Shown: in pieces, positions 17,933 through 27,940 of the stretch | Layout of the letters: every line of letters starts with the position of its first letter | Position numbering within the stretch: the stretch's first letter is position 1 | Source of the DNA: an uncultured virus (IMG/VR IMGVR_UViG_3300044833_000105) | Lineage: Duplodnaviria > Heunggongvirae > Uroviricota > Caudoviricetes | Length of the DNA stretch: 64,000 bases | Reading direction: 5' to 3' (one strand) | IMG/VR virus record: IMGVR_UViG_3300044833_000105 | Notes under the pieces: model-generated | Database searches by the model: none | The model's input: the letters and a program-made list of their open reading frames with translations, nothing else | What the model was told of the DNA's origin: nothing | Translations under genes and position numbers: made by a program

Positions 17933-20335
17933 ATGCAAGTTTTAGGCCCAGCCGGTGTAGTTCCGTCCAAAGAGGATCTGCTAAAGCAATATAAGCAGGA
18001 TCTCGACAAAGTCATTGAGCAAATTAATGTGGATGTCGAGCCCGAAAGAGTTTTTCAGCTACGCCGCGCTCAGGAAGCGGATCTCGTCTGGCGACAGCTT
18101 CAGAATTCGCTACCACAGTTCACCGATTCGACCATCTCGGCGTATTCGGCGACCGGTTCGCCGATTCTTGGCGGGAGCCGCGACGACTCGGACGACTACG
18201 TTCAGAACATTTACCGTGGGTACGGTCGCAAGCTCATTGCCGTCATCGGCCAGCGGCTACCCAACATCAAGGCGTCTCCTGACGATCCAGACGACAACGA
18301 TTCGCTCAAGAGTTCCTCTTTAGCCGATACCGCTGCCGCCGTTCTGAGAGCCGCCTGGAACGTCGAGATCAAATGTCTGGAGGTGATCTTCTTTCTCTGG
18401 AAAAGCTCCACGGTATTTTTCTATACGCCGTGGGTTACCGATGGTTTCAAGTACGGCTACACCACCGAACCGAATATCGAGCCGGAAGATGTACCGACCG
18501 CTCCGGCTCCAGGAGCGCCCGCCGACGACTTCATGAATCAGGGCACGACGGAAACCCCGCAGCCGCCGTCCATGCAGTTGCCGAAGGTGGGGGAACCCCA
18601 ACAGTACGCCAATGGAGCGGTGGAGCTTGAGCTTTGCAATTCACTATTCGTTACGGTGCCATTCCGGTCGAAGACCATGGACGACGCCGCGTGGCTACGC
18701 TACGAGTACGAAGAATACCAATCGAAACTTAAAGAGATGTATCCGGAACTGCGCGCCAACCCGCCGCAGGATAACAGCTCCGGTTCGGATTCTTCCAGCT
18801 CCCACCTCGGAACGCAGATCCGCGACGCGGCGGCCTCCCCGCGTGGCATTCCGAGCCAAAGCGCCAATCGCTGGACGTACACGCGTATTTGGATTCAGCC
18901 GCATCTACTGGAAATGATCGAGGACACCGGGACCGTCCAGATCCTCAAAAAGAACTTCCCGGACGGTATGAAGTTGACCATCGTCCAGGGCCAGACGATC
19001 AAGATTGAAAACGAGCGCATGACCGATGTCTGGTGCGCTTGCAAGCCGGAGACGAGTGAATTCCTGATCCCCGACGCGCTCGGGGCGGACATGCTGCCGA
19101 TCCAGCGGCTGAAGAACGACATGATGAACATCGCCCGGCTCACGCTGGAATCCGGCGCGGGATTAAACTTCTTCAACGCGGGCGCAATCAATCCTAATTT
19201 CTTTACCAAGCAGCGCCCGGTGCCCAACCGCATGTTCCCAATTCTTCCAGGTGTCGGGCAAACGATGGAGTCGATGTTCCACCAGATCCAATCGACCACA
19301 TTTTCCGATCAGCTTGTTCCCTGGGAGCAGCATGTCGAGTCCGACGGCCAGAGCGTGGTCGGCATCACGCCGCCGATCTATGGCGCTTCTGCGTACGACG
19401 GCGAGACGGCGCACCAGGCGGAACTAGAAAAGAACGGCGCGTTACAGCAGTTGATGACGCTCTGGATTTACGTCCGGCAGGCGTGGGCGCAGGTCTACAC
19501 GAACGGGGTCAAGCAACTTTCCCGCTACGGAGCCGGGATGCTGAAAAGCGTGAAGCAGGGCCAGCAGGGATATGAAGCGCTGATGGTTGATATCGCCGAA
19601 CTCAAGGAATCCGGCTGGCACTTCGAGAGCGATCCGGCGTTCCCTATGACCATCTCCGAGCAGCGCGGAACCTTGATGTGGCTGCTGTCGCTCGGTCCCG
19701 ATGTCCAGAATGGTCTGCAATTATTCCACCCGGAGAATGTGGACCAGATCAACAAGTTACTTGGGTGGACGGGCCTGTTTAATCCGGCACGCGACCAGAA
19801 GGCCAAGGCGCAGGCGGTTATCCACGATCTCATTCAACCGGGCGCGAAGGCCACTCAGCAGCCGCAACCGGATGGATCTATGAAGCCCGTGCCCTCGATT
19901 CCACCGGACCAGTTCGAGGACAACCATCAGTTCATGGCCGAGGAAATGCGCTCATGGTGCGTGTCGAGCATTGGACGCCGCGTGCGTGACGCGAATCCAG
20001 ATGGCTACCAGAACGTGGTCGCGCGTGGTATGGCTGAATTGGCGTTAACGCAGCCACCTCCGCCTGCGCCCGAAGCCCCGACACCCCGGCTGAGTTTCTC
20101 TGGCAAGGATCTGCCGGTAATTGCACAGATGTTCCCCGAAGAATTCAAGAAGTTGATGACCGACTTCCGGCTGGAACCAGGCACGCCGCCAATTCAGCCG
20201 AAGGAAGGATCCGCGCCGGGACCACTCGGTACTGCTGGTGCCGCAGGACCCCCCGGTGGAGCTCCGAATGTTCCGGGGATGCCGCTGCCGGGAGCGGGGG
20301 CAGCCGTGACGCCTTCGCCAGCTTCGGTTATGTAG
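17933..20335 (+). CDS. Portal protein (podovirus type)
   Basis: 800 aa between TerL and scaffold/capsid; VQNIYRGY...P.D..D...A.LA; Pro-rich tail. Confidence 0.8.
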   Translation: MQVLGPAGVVPSKEDLLKQYKQDLDKVIEQINVDVEPERVFQLRRAQEADLVWRQLQNSLPQFTDSTISAYSATGSPILGGSRDDSDDYVQNIYRGYGRKLIAVIGQRLPNIKASPDDPDDNDSLKSSSLADTAAAVLRAAWNVEIKCLEVIFFLWKSSTVFFYTPWVTDGFKYGYTTEPNIEPEDVPTAPAPGAPADDFMNQGTTETPQPPSMQLPKVGEPQQYANGAVELELCNSLFVTVPFRSKTMDDAAWLRYEYEEYQSKLKEMYPELRANPPQDNSSGSDSSSSHLGTQIRDAAASPRGIPSQSANRWTYTRIWIQPHLLEMIEDTGTVQILKKNFPDGMKLTIVQGQTIKIENERMTDVWCACKPETSEFLIPDALGADMLPIQRLKNDMMNIARLTLESGAGLNFFNAGAINPNFFTKQRPVPNRMFPILPGVGQTMESMFHQIQSTTFSDQLVPWEQHVESDGQSVVGITPPIYGASAYDGETAHQAELEKNGALQQLMTLWIYVRQAWAQVYTNGVKQLSRYGAGMLKSVKQGQQGYEALMVDIAELKESGWHFESDPAFPMTISEQRGTLMWLLSLGPDVQNGLQLFHPENVDQINKLLGWTGLFNPARDQKAKAQAVIHDLIQPGAKATQQPQPDGSMKPVPSIPPDQFEDNHQFMAEEMRSWCVSSIGRRVRDANPDGYQNVVARGMAELALTQPPPPAPEAPTPRLSFSGKDLPVIAQMFPEEFKKLMTDFRLEPGTPPIQPKEGSAPGPLGTAGAAGPPGGAPNVPGMPLPGAGAAVTPSPASVM

Positions 20336-20487
20336 TCGTCTTCGTGGTCAACCAGCAAATCGGTAATTGACCGAAAACCAAGGGACTCAACGCATAACTG
20401 AAGTTGAATCAGTGCCATATTCCTGAGTCTATCGGCTTCAGGAAGATTGACCAGGGTTAATTTCTCAGCTTCCGTCAGTTCTCTCAT
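20194..20487 (-). CDS. Small antisense hypothetical protein (leaderless)
   Basis: TGtTAAAAT 7 nt before ATG; occupies portal-scaffold gap. Confidence 0.5.
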   Translation of the reverse strand: MRELTEAEKLTLVNLPEADRLRNMALIQLQLCVESLGFRSITDLLVDHEDDYITEAGEGVTAAPAPGSGIPGTFGAPPGGPAAPAVPSGPGADPSFG

Positions 20488-20521
20488 TGGTCAGATTTTA
20501 ACAGCATTCAAGGAGAAGTAA

Positions 20522-21898
20522 ATGGACACAGATGTAATCACCTCTTCGCCCGATACCGCAGCGGAGTCGAACTCCAGTCTCGACGCGGCTTTTGACGCGC
20601 TACCGTCGTCGCCAGCCGCCGATCAGTCGAGCGGAACCCAGCAGGACGATACCGGCGATGTACCGCCGATTCCACAAGGAGACGAGCAATCCGAACCCGC
20701 TGCCGAAGGCCAGGACAAGCCACAGCAGGTCGAGGAAGGCGTCTTCTCCGATGGCAAGGGATTCCGTGTGTCGAAGGACCGCATGGATGACTTCCAGAAA
20801 TGGAAGTCGATGGGCGAGCAGGTGATCGCGCTGGCTCCGAGCCTTGATCACATCAAGCAGTACCGCGATAACGCGTCCGATTTCCGCGCGCTCGATATCG
20901 ATTTCCAGAACGGCGCGGCCGATGACGCGTCGATGGACAAATTCCTGGACTTCTGGCAAGGCAGCATGGAAAACGACCCGGCCAAGCAGGCGAGACTACA
21001 AGCCGCGTTCGTCAAAATGGCCGACCGCATCCCGGATCGGCTGAGACAGGTCAATCCGCAGGCGTACGTCGCGTTGCAGCAGAAGATGCTCGACACCAAG
21101 GCGCTACGGGAACAGAACCCGGAAGGCTACGGCAAAGTCCAGGGCGAAGTAGTGCGAGCCGCGCTGGACGCCAAGTATCTCGAAGCCGCGCAAAAGAACG
21201 ACGTCGAGATGTTCAGGCAATTACAGTGGGCCGACTATCACCAGACCGGAAAATACTATAAGTCCATGCTCGAAGTTCCGCGACCCGACCCGTTAATGAC
21301 GGAGAAGCAGACACTAGATTTGCAGCGCAGCGAGTTAGAGAAAAGGACCCAGACCTTCGAGCAGCAGCAGCAGGACGGCCGCGTTAAGATCTGGGAACAC
21401 CACAAGGAATTGCTCGGTAATGCCGAGCGAACTGGAATGGATTCCCTGATCACTGACGCCCTAAAGCCCGCGCTTGGACGCTACAACGAGCAGGCCCTTG
21501 AGCAGTTCAAGGTGGCCATCGCGGCGAACGTAGAACAGCAGTTGCGCGCCGACTACACGTGGCACCGCGACCGCCAGATTGATCTCGACCAACTTGGACG
21601 CGACACACTAGAACGGCTCAAGAATGGGCAGAAGCTTCAGGATCTAAAACCGCGCGGCGATGAGTATATCAACGAATACTTGCGCGTCGCCCGCCCGCTG
21701 GTGCAACGCATAGCGGCGCAGGTGGTATCGGCAAAAACCTCCAGCCTTGTAAAGCAAAGCCAGGAGAAGCACGACAGATTGAAGGCTTCCCAGAAGCCCG
21801 GTACGGCAGGCGGAGGCACGCCAACGGCGCGTCCGGTCACCGGTCCAAACATGACCATGGAGCAAAAGCTCGACGCCCTGCTAGCACCAGTCCGCTAA
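20522..21898 (+). CDS. Capsid scaffolding-like protein
   Basis: Acidic disordered N-terminus, helical; SD AAGGAG; directly before MCP. Confidence 0.7.
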   Translation: MDTDVITSSPDTAAESNSSLDAAFDALPSSPAADQSSGTQQDDTGDVPPIPQGDEQSEPAAEGQDKPQQVEEGVFSDGKGFRVSKDRMDDFQKWKSMGEQVIALAPSLDHIKQYRDNASDFRALDIDFQNGAADDASMDKFLDFWQGSMENDPAKQARLQAAFVKMADRIPDRLRQVNPQAYVALQQKMLDTKALREQNPEGYGKVQGEVVRAALDAKYLEAAQKNDVEMFRQLQWADYHQTGKYYKSMLEVPRPDPLMTEKQTLDLQRSELEKRTQTFEQQQQDGRVKIWEHHKELLGNAERTGMDSLITDALKPALGRYNEQALEQFKVAIAANVEQQLRADYTWHRDRQIDLDQLGRDTLERLKNGQKLQDLKPRGDEYINEYLRVARPLVQRIAAQVVSAKTSSLVKQSQEKHDRLKASQKPGTAGGGTPTARPVTGPNMTMEQKLDALLAPVR

Positions 21899-21932
21899 AT
21901 AATTCATACCTCTCTCATAAAGGAATCATCCC

Positions 21933-23249
21933 ATGGCAGCAACTAATGCAGATGTCATCGCGGCGCAAAAAGAAGTTATCCGCCCGAAACTGCAAGACCT
22001 CATCGAAACAGCAACCGGCGTGGGCGCTCTATTCAAACGCGCCGGAGAATCTTTCAAGGTATCCACCTGGACCCAGGCGCTTTCCGGTGGTCAAACCCTC
22101 GGCGGTTTCCGCGTTCCCCTCAAACAGTGGAATGGCGGCGACTGGGGCGTCGTGAACTACGACGAAGGCGATCTCGGTTCCGGTTCGAGCATGAAGCTAG
22201 TCTTCATGACCGGCGCGGTGCTGACCCGCCGTCTGGCCGTCGAATTGTCCCAACTTGAAATGGACGCAACCGCGTCGAACGAGCAAGCTGTCGCCAATAT
22301 ATTCAAAGAACAGACCAAAGTTACCATCAAGGAAGTACAGGGGTACTTCGATACCGATTGTCACGGTTCCGGAAACGGTGTACTAGCTGTCGGCAACGGC
22401 ACCGGCACCAGCGGCAACATCAACCCGATCTATAATCTGGAGCCAAACTTCGGCACCCAGCGGCTCCGCTACAACCAGCCAATCGATGTGTACGACACCA
22501 CGCTTGCCACCAAAAAGGGCACGCTGCGCGTCGCGACCCTCGATCCGGTGGCCAAGACCGTCGGACTGACCGGCACCGTCACCGGCGCTGGCTTTGTGAA
22601 CACCGACGCGCTGGCGATCACCGGCATGTCGCCCACTCTCGCGACCGGTAGCTACGCGAGCGGGATGTACACCTACCAGAACAGCGCGAAGTCCGGGTTC
22701 ACCTTGAATCTAGACCGCAGCGTTGTGGTGGAAATCGTCACTCCCAACGTGGCCGCCGCCTCACAACCGCTCAACCCCAACTTTGGGTTGCTGCTCAAGG
22801 ATCAGATCACCCAGCGACGCGACCAGGAAGAGATGGGTAGCTTCCGCGGCATCGCTCACATGGCACAGCGCGCCGCCTGGTACAACATCGGCATCGGTAT
22901 CTCGGAATGGCAGCGTGGAACAAAGGACAAGATGATCGACGTAATGCCGTCCGACACCGACTACAACACTACGTTCGAGATGACCGGCGTAACCCACATC
23001 ATCTCGAAGAAACAGGACCGCAGCCGCATCGACTGGGTGAACCCCAAGACCTGGGCCCGCATCCTGCTCTTTGAGCCGAAATGGCACGAGTCCCCTGAAG
23101 GCAAGCGCTACTTCGAAGTGCGCTCGCAGACCACCGGCAATGTGGTCGCTGGCTGGCAAGAATTCATGATTGTGTCTGAGAACCTCGTCAGTTGCGATCC
23201 AGGTTTGGGCGGCTTTATTAGCGGTCTCCAAATCGCTCCTGGTTACTAA
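21933..23249 (+). CDS. Major capsid protein
   Basis: 438 aa after scaffold, SD AAAGGA, HGSGNGVLA motif, followed by terminator. Confidence 0.8.
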   Translation: MAATNADVIAAQKEVIRPKLQDLIETATGVGALFKRAGESFKVSTWTQALSGGQTLGGFRVPLKQWNGGDWGVVNYDEGDLGSGSSMKLVFMTGAVLTRRLAVELSQLEMDATASNEQAVANIFKEQTKVTIKEVQGYFDTDCHGSGNGVLAVGNGTGTSGNINPIYNLEPNFGTQRLRYNQPIDVYDTTLATKKGTLRVATLDPVAKTVGLTGTVTGAGFVNTDALAITGMSPTLATGSYASGMYTYQNSAKSGFTLNLDRSVVVEIVTPNVAAASQPLNPNFGLLLKDQITQRRDQEEMGSFRGIAHMAQRAAWYNIGIGISEWQRGTKDKMIDVMPSDTDYNTTFEMTGVTHIISKKQDRSRIDWVNPKTWARILLFEPKWHESPEGKRYFEVRSQTTGNVVAGWQEFMIVSENLVSCDPGLGGFISGLQIAPGY

Positions 23250-23279
23250 ACAAAGCGTTTAGCTAGACGATGCCGTCGT

Positions 23280-23396
23280 GTCAATGGGACTCTCCAGTGG
23301 GGGTGCCCCATTGACAACATTCAACAACTTAGCAGTGCTCGTTGACTGATCCTTCCCTCCACCGGGCCGTTTCCTCCAGAGGCGGCCCTATTTTTC
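23280..23396 (+). terminator. Hairpin plus intrinsic terminator after MCP
   Basis: GTCAATGGG...CCCATTGAC (23280-23315); GGGCCGTTTC-ctcca-GAGGCGGCCC then TATTTTT (23364-23395). Confidence 0.75.
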
Positions 23397-23406
23397 AAAG
23401 GACACC

Positions 23407-23625
23407 ATGACCATTCTTGTTCCAAAGGACGCCGTGAAAGACGGCGATTCACTCATCAATCAAGTAGAGAAGCTAGTCGCGATGCCGTCGGCCCGGCGCA
23501 CTATCACGCTTATCGGTAAAGGCGACGACGCCAAGGCTTTTTATCATCTCGAATTCGCGCTGCCGGAAGAAGCGGCAAAGAAACTCACCCCGCAGCTTAC
23601 CGCGCTTGGCTGCAAAGTCTCATGA
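23407..23625 (+). CDS. Hypothetical protein
   Basis: SD AAAGGA. Confidence 0.65.
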   Translation: MTILVPKDAVKDGDSLINQVEKLVAMPSARRTITLIGKGDDAKAFYHLEFALPEEAAKKLTPQLTALGCKVS

Positions 23626-23927
23626 ATCGCCGCAATTTATTCAAGGCTTTGTCTATCGTATTCACCCCGATACTTGGTGGGGTTCGCGCGGCGTGCGATG
23701 TCCTGTTGATTTATCTCGCGAGCGATTGTTACCAAAGACAATTGGATCAGGAGCGCATCAAGCGTCTTGTGGCCCCGGTCGCAGACGAATTACTGGCCGA
23801 CTTCAGACTAGTAGCAGAACGGTTCCGTAGGGATGCAAGAGCGCCTGAATGGGGCGGCTCGTGGCACATCGACGGAGTGGAAATCAGGCCCTTTGAGGTT
23901 CACGGCTATCCCTACAAGCGCGCATAA
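23622..23927 (+). CDS. Small protein with twin-arginine-like N-terminus
   Basis: MNRRNLFKALSIVFTPILGG. Confidence 0.5.
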   Translation: MNRRNLFKALSIVFTPILGGVRAACDVLLIYLASDCYQRQLDQERIKRLVAPVADELLADFRLVAERFRRDARAPEWGGSWHIDGVEIRPFEVHGYPYKRA

Positions 23928-23953
23928 CTAATTTTTGAAAAGAAAGGACCCCC

Positions 23954-24241
23954 ATGCATCAACTAATCATCACCGGACAAGGAGCCATCAACCACAATGG
24001 CATCGAATATCCGGTCTACGACTTCTTGCGCCTTATCACGGGCGAGTATCCGGTTAAGCGTGACAACGCGTTCGTCTACAACCTCAATCAGTTCGCTATG
24101 GGCGGCGACAAGAAGCAGGAATCCGAAGACGCCTACGTGGAATCCATCCGCTCGAAGCTCGGCGGCCGCGCGACGGTAGAGGTAGTCGATTACGTCGAGC
24201 CGAAACCGGTAGAGGAGCCTCCGCCAGATGTTAAGCACTAA
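23954..24241 (+). CDS. Hypothetical protein
   Basis: SD AAAGGA. Confidence 0.65.
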   Translation: MHQLIITGQGAINHNGIEYPVYDFLRLITGEYPVKRDNAFVYNLNQFAMGGDKKQESEDAYVESIRSKLGGRATVEVVDYVEPKPVEEPPPDVKH

Positions 24242-24794
24242 GCTCGCGCTATTTCTCGCCGTCGGCAGTTGTTTGTTCGCGCAGCCGGAGGTGCGGCTCT
24301 CGCAGGGTGCTCCACAGGAAGGCTATCAGGCCGTCTATGCCACCGATGGGAGCGGCAACGTCATTTCGGTTTGCACTTCTCAGTCTATTGACAACACGGG
24401 CATCCGGGCGCGGACCAAGGTATCGATATCGGCCGCAACCAATGCGAATCCGGTTGTATTCACCTCGACGGGCAACGGCTTCACGCTGAACACCCGCCCG
24501 AACATTACGATCAGTGGAGCTACCGTTGGCTGGGTAACGGTTAACAGTACGTTCGTGGCGACGGTGATCGATGCGAACACATTCTCGATCCCAATCGACT
24601 CGACTGCATTTGGCGCGCTCTCGGGAACGCTCGTGTTCACTACCACCGCTCCGCGCCAAACCGTGGCGGAATGGTCCGTAGTCCGCTATTTCTTCTCTGG
24701 TACTAATATTCTCTCCCGTGTCTGGCTTGGCGGAACCTCTGCCTATAACAATAAGTGTACCGACACCGTGAGCACCACGAACAACATCCAATGA
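24228..24794 (+). CDS. Exported virion-associated protein with beta-rich (FCCH-like) module
   Basis: MLSTKLALFLAVGSCLFA-Q signal; ISAATNANPVVFTSTGNG...VIDANTFSI. Confidence 0.65.
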   Translation: MLSTKLALFLAVGSCLFAQPEVRLSQGAPQEGYQAVYATDGSGNVISVCTSQSIDNTGIRARTKVSISAATNANPVVFTSTGNGFTLNTRPNITISGATVGWVTVNSTFVATVIDANTFSIPIDSTAFGALSGTLVFTTTAPRQTVAEWSVVRYFFSGTNILSRVWLGGTSAYNNKCTDTVSTTNNIQ

Positions 24795-25162
24795 AACTAC
24801 CCGGGAACCTCGGAAACCTCGACTGGTCTGAATGGACCCTTGGCCTGTGGAGCGCCGTCATTACCGGCGGCTCGGCTGCGGTCGTGAACGCTATCGGCCT
24901 AGTCGTCATAGACCCGAAGGACTTCAGTGCGGGCGAGGGCAAACTGTGGGCGCTCGCTGGCAACATGTTTCTCTGGGCCGGATTCATGGGGATGCTCAAC
25001 TTCCTGCGAACGAAGCCCGCTCCCGGAGTCAAGACTGTCGAGAAGACCACTGAGACCACCCTTGTTAAAGGCCAACCGGCGCAGGTAGTCACAACGGAAA
25101 AGGAAACCGTCGTGCAGCCGGTCGAGACGAAGCCCGCACCCAAGAAAGAAAATGCCAACTAG
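24791..25162 (+). CDS. Two-TM membrane protein (holin-like)
   Basis: WTLGLWSAVITGGSAAV...MFLWAGFMGMLNFLR..P.P. Confidence 0.55.
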   Translation: MKLPGNLGNLDWSEWTLGLWSAVITGGSAAVVNAIGLVVIDPKDFSAGEGKLWALAGNMFLWAGFMGMLNFLRTKPAPGVKTVEKTTETTLVKGQPAQVVTTEKETVVQPVETKPAPKKENAN

Positions 25163-25904
25163 AAAAGAATTGCAACGCCTCGAGCAGATGTTCGGCGAAC
25201 AACTCGGATGGAATCCGTACCACGAGCCACTCTACAAGTGGGTGCGCGCTGGAGAGCCGTGGTTTCCCTTCATCAAAACAGATGGCTACGGAAACATGGC
25301 GTACGCCCAGAAGGAACGGCCCGTGTTTGGAGACGATGGCGAACCGCTCTATGAGCTGGTCCTTCAGGAGCCAGAGGTGATTTATGACGACGATGAAGGA
25401 CTTCCGCTTGCGCCGGATCTACAGCCCAAGGAAGAGCCCGTCTATAAGAAAGTCCCTCGGACCATGTTCGTCCCCGAGCCAATCGTCGAGATGTCTCGCT
25501 ATGCCGCGTGGCTTGACGATAACCAATGGGTGCTGGCCCGCTGGTTCGTGACTCCCAAGGAAGAATGGGAGGCGACGTTCCATGGACTACTGCCGTGGCC
25601 GCACCGTGGCCTCTACTACCCTGGTAACGGGCACCTGCCGACCGGAGAAATGCCGGACTCCGGGAATACCGATTACGCAATCCAATTGATCCAGAAGGAC
25701 CGCACCAAGACTTTCGCGGAATGGATGAACCAGACCGAGATCGGACTGGAACGCCAGGAACGCGACGTGGACCGGAAACTCGATGACATGATCGGCGACC
25801 TGATGACGGCCTGGGGTAACCCACGCCCAGGTCAGCGCGGCGGACACGTCAGCCCTCAGGGCGGTGTCGGAGAATCACCCATTTTACTGACAGGAGAAAA
25901 CTGA
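25152..25904 (+). CDS. Hypothetical protein
   Basis: 250 aa in structural operon. Confidence 0.7.
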   Translation: MPTRKELQRLEQMFGEQLGWNPYHEPLYKWVRAGEPWFPFIKTDGYGNMAYAQKERPVFGDDGEPLYELVLQEPEVIYDDDEGLPLAPDLQPKEEPVYKKVPRTMFVPEPIVEMSRYAAWLDDNQWVLARWFVTPKEEWEATFHGLLPWPHRGLYYPGNGHLPTGEMPDSGNTDYAIQLIQKDRTKTFAEWMNQTEIGLERQERDVDRKLDDMIGDLMTAWGNPRPGQRGGHVSPQGGVGESPILLTGEN

Positions 25905-25906
25905 CA

Positions 25907-26629
25907 ATGAATATCACAGGCGACAAGAGAATCCTCGCATCGCTCTACCCGATTCCACTGATTCCCGAGAAGCGCGATTACGTGCGGCTGGGAGCGGAGG
26001 GAGCCTTCACCAACTTCGTGTTGCCACCGCATACGCAGGGCGGACCGCCAGCGACACTTGAGGTCTACGAGTCGTGGTCCCCGTACCGTCCACCGGATAA
26101 CCCGCAGATGCCGGAACACAAGTCGGTTCGGATGGAATCTACGGTCAACGATCTATTGTTCCATTGGCGGCGCGGGCTATTCGGTGCTCCTGCCGGTCTT
26201 GGGCCCGCTGTTTGGTGCTGCGAACGGATAACGGACGATCCGGCGGAAGCCCCTCAGGAACACGAGATCGCCCGCGAACTGGAAAGACAGGTGGGTTATT
26301 TCCGCTTTCTGTACCAGACGGGGCAGCAGCTCGCGTTCAACAAGGCATTCACGGCCATCAACGGCATCATGAAGGCCGCCGGGCGTTTTCTCGGCAAATC
26401 AGACGATTGGATTGACGCCGATTCCACGGCGAGTACTACGTGCATCTTCTGCACGAAGATGATTCCGCAACTGGCTTACACGTGCCCGAATTGCGACCGC
26501 TGGGTAAAGGAGCCGACCGAGGAGATGAAGAAACTGCTAGCGATTGGACAGCCGATTAACTTGGCTCCCACGAATCGTGGAGTTCCGTTCCAGAAGAAGG
26601 TACAGGAGCCGGTGGAGCAAGCGATTTAG
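25907..26629 (+). CDS. Hypothetical protein with C-terminal Zn ribbon
   Basis: CIFC...CPNC; SD AGGAG. Confidence 0.7.
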   Translation: MNITGDKRILASLYPIPLIPEKRDYVRLGAEGAFTNFVLPPHTQGGPPATLEVYESWSPYRPPDNPQMPEHKSVRMESTVNDLLFHWRRGLFGAPAGLGPAVWCCERITDDPAEAPQEHEIARELERQVGYFRFLYQTGQQLAFNKAFTAINGIMKAAGRFLGKSDDWIDADSTASTTCIFCTKMIPQLAYTCPNCDRWVKEPTEEMKKLLAIGQPINLAPTNRGVPFQKKVQEPVEQAI

Positions 26630-26927
26630 CTTCAGTACGCCAGTCGTCGCCTATTCGATACAACGGCAACCTAAAATTATCAGGGCTGATCGACACTATT
26701 GGCACATTTCCAGCGCTGAAGCTTTTGGTAAGTACTACGTGCCTTTCATATAGTCGCCGAAAATAGTCCGACTGCATTGCCGCCACGACATTGGCGTCGG
26801 TCGAGTACTTAACGCTAAGAATTGTTCCCTTTTTAAGAAACGGCTGCTTTAGCAATTTAGGCAGAAACCTTTGTCCAGCAAGTGCAGCCGCAACCGCGCC
26901 AAAAATCCCTCTCCGCGTTAGTTCCAT
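26556..26927 (-). CDS. Antisense small protein with twin-arginine-like N-terminus (leaderless)
   Basis: MELTRRGIFGAVAAALAG; TGtTAGGGT 6 nt before ATG. Confidence 0.55.
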   Translation of the reverse strand: MELTRRGIFGAVAAALAGQRFLPKLLKQPFLKKGTILSVKYSTDANVVAAMQSDYFRRLYERHVVLTKSFSAGNVPIVSISPDNFRLPLYRIGDDWRTEAKSLAPPAPVPSSGTELHDSWEPS

Positions 26928-26941
26928 AACCAAACCCTAAC

Positions 26942-27895
26942 ATGCAATCCACTTGGCAACAAGTCCTAGACGCAGCACGCGGCTGGATGAACGACACTGC
27001 CGTCCCTGGCGGCGCCAACTGGCCGAACGCGCGTCTTCAGGTACACGCGGCGACCGGCTACCGCAAGATGTTCGACGCGTTAGCCGGAATCGCCAACAAT
27101 CGCGTGCGCCACACGGTGTACTTCCAGTTGCCGAAGTACACCACGATCTGGGTCCCCCAGTCTCCCACCAACATTGTGACCGAGATCTCCGAGCCGGAAC
27201 TTCTGAGCGAGCGCCCGGCGATCACCACCGGCGCGATTGCCACAACCGCCGATATATCGCCGATTAAGGTCACGACGGTTAATCCGCATGGGCTGGCGAC
27301 CAACGCTACCGAGGTGATTATCGACCAGGTAGCTGGTACGTTCGCGCCCTGGGGACGCTTTTACCCGACGGTAATCGACCCTCTCAACTTCACTTTGAAT
27401 GGTTCGGTCTCGGACGGAAACGCCGGAACCGGCGGATTTTTCTCGACCTCGGGCATGAAGTTCGTTGATATGCGCGAGCAACCGCCGATCACCAATCAGA
27501 CCGCTTCCAGCCGGGATATCGATAGCAGCCTGCTTACGTGGTGGTGGGAAAACAACGCACTCAATTTCATCGGCGCAACACAGGATACGCAAGTTCGCAT
27601 GATCTACCTCGCGAGCGGCACGGCTCCTACCGATCCAAGCACGGTGATCATGGTCGATAACTGCCTGAACCTGCTGGGCGCGGCGGCGGCCGGTTTCGCG
27701 CTCGGTTCCGTGGGATTTCCGCAGCGGTCGCGCGAGCTTCTCGAATTAGCTTTCGGACCAACTCTTCAGGCCGACGGATCGGCGGGATTCCTGCGCGATC
27801 TACTTGCACCCGCAGTAATGGAAATGCAGCGCGAACCCATCGTACCCCGTAACTTCCGCGACGCGGATTACAGTACCACGTTCCTGATCGACTAG
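26942..27895 (+). CDS. Head-tail adaptor-like protein with inserted FCCH-like module
   Basis: TWQQVLDAARGWMND...W...RL N-terminus; PIKVTTVNPHGL insert; helical C-terminus. Confidence 0.6.
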   Translation: MQSTWQQVLDAARGWMNDTAVPGGANWPNARLQVHAATGYRKMFDALAGIANNRVRHTVYFQLPKYTTIWVPQSPTNIVTEISEPELLSERPAITTGAIATTADISPIKVTTVNPHGLATNATEVIIDQVAGTFAPWGRFYPTVIDPLNFTLNGSVSDGNAGTGGFFSTSGMKFVDMREQPPITNQTASSRDIDSSLLTWWWENNALNFIGATQDTQVRMIYLASGTAPTDPSTVIMVDNCLNLLGAAAAGFALGSVGFPQRSRELLELAFGPTLQADGSAGFLRDLLAPAVMEMQREPIVPRNFRDADYSTTFLID

Positions 27896-27940
27896 CCGGA
27901 ACGAAACCGCAACCCAGCAGCCTCAAGGAGATCACAAATC

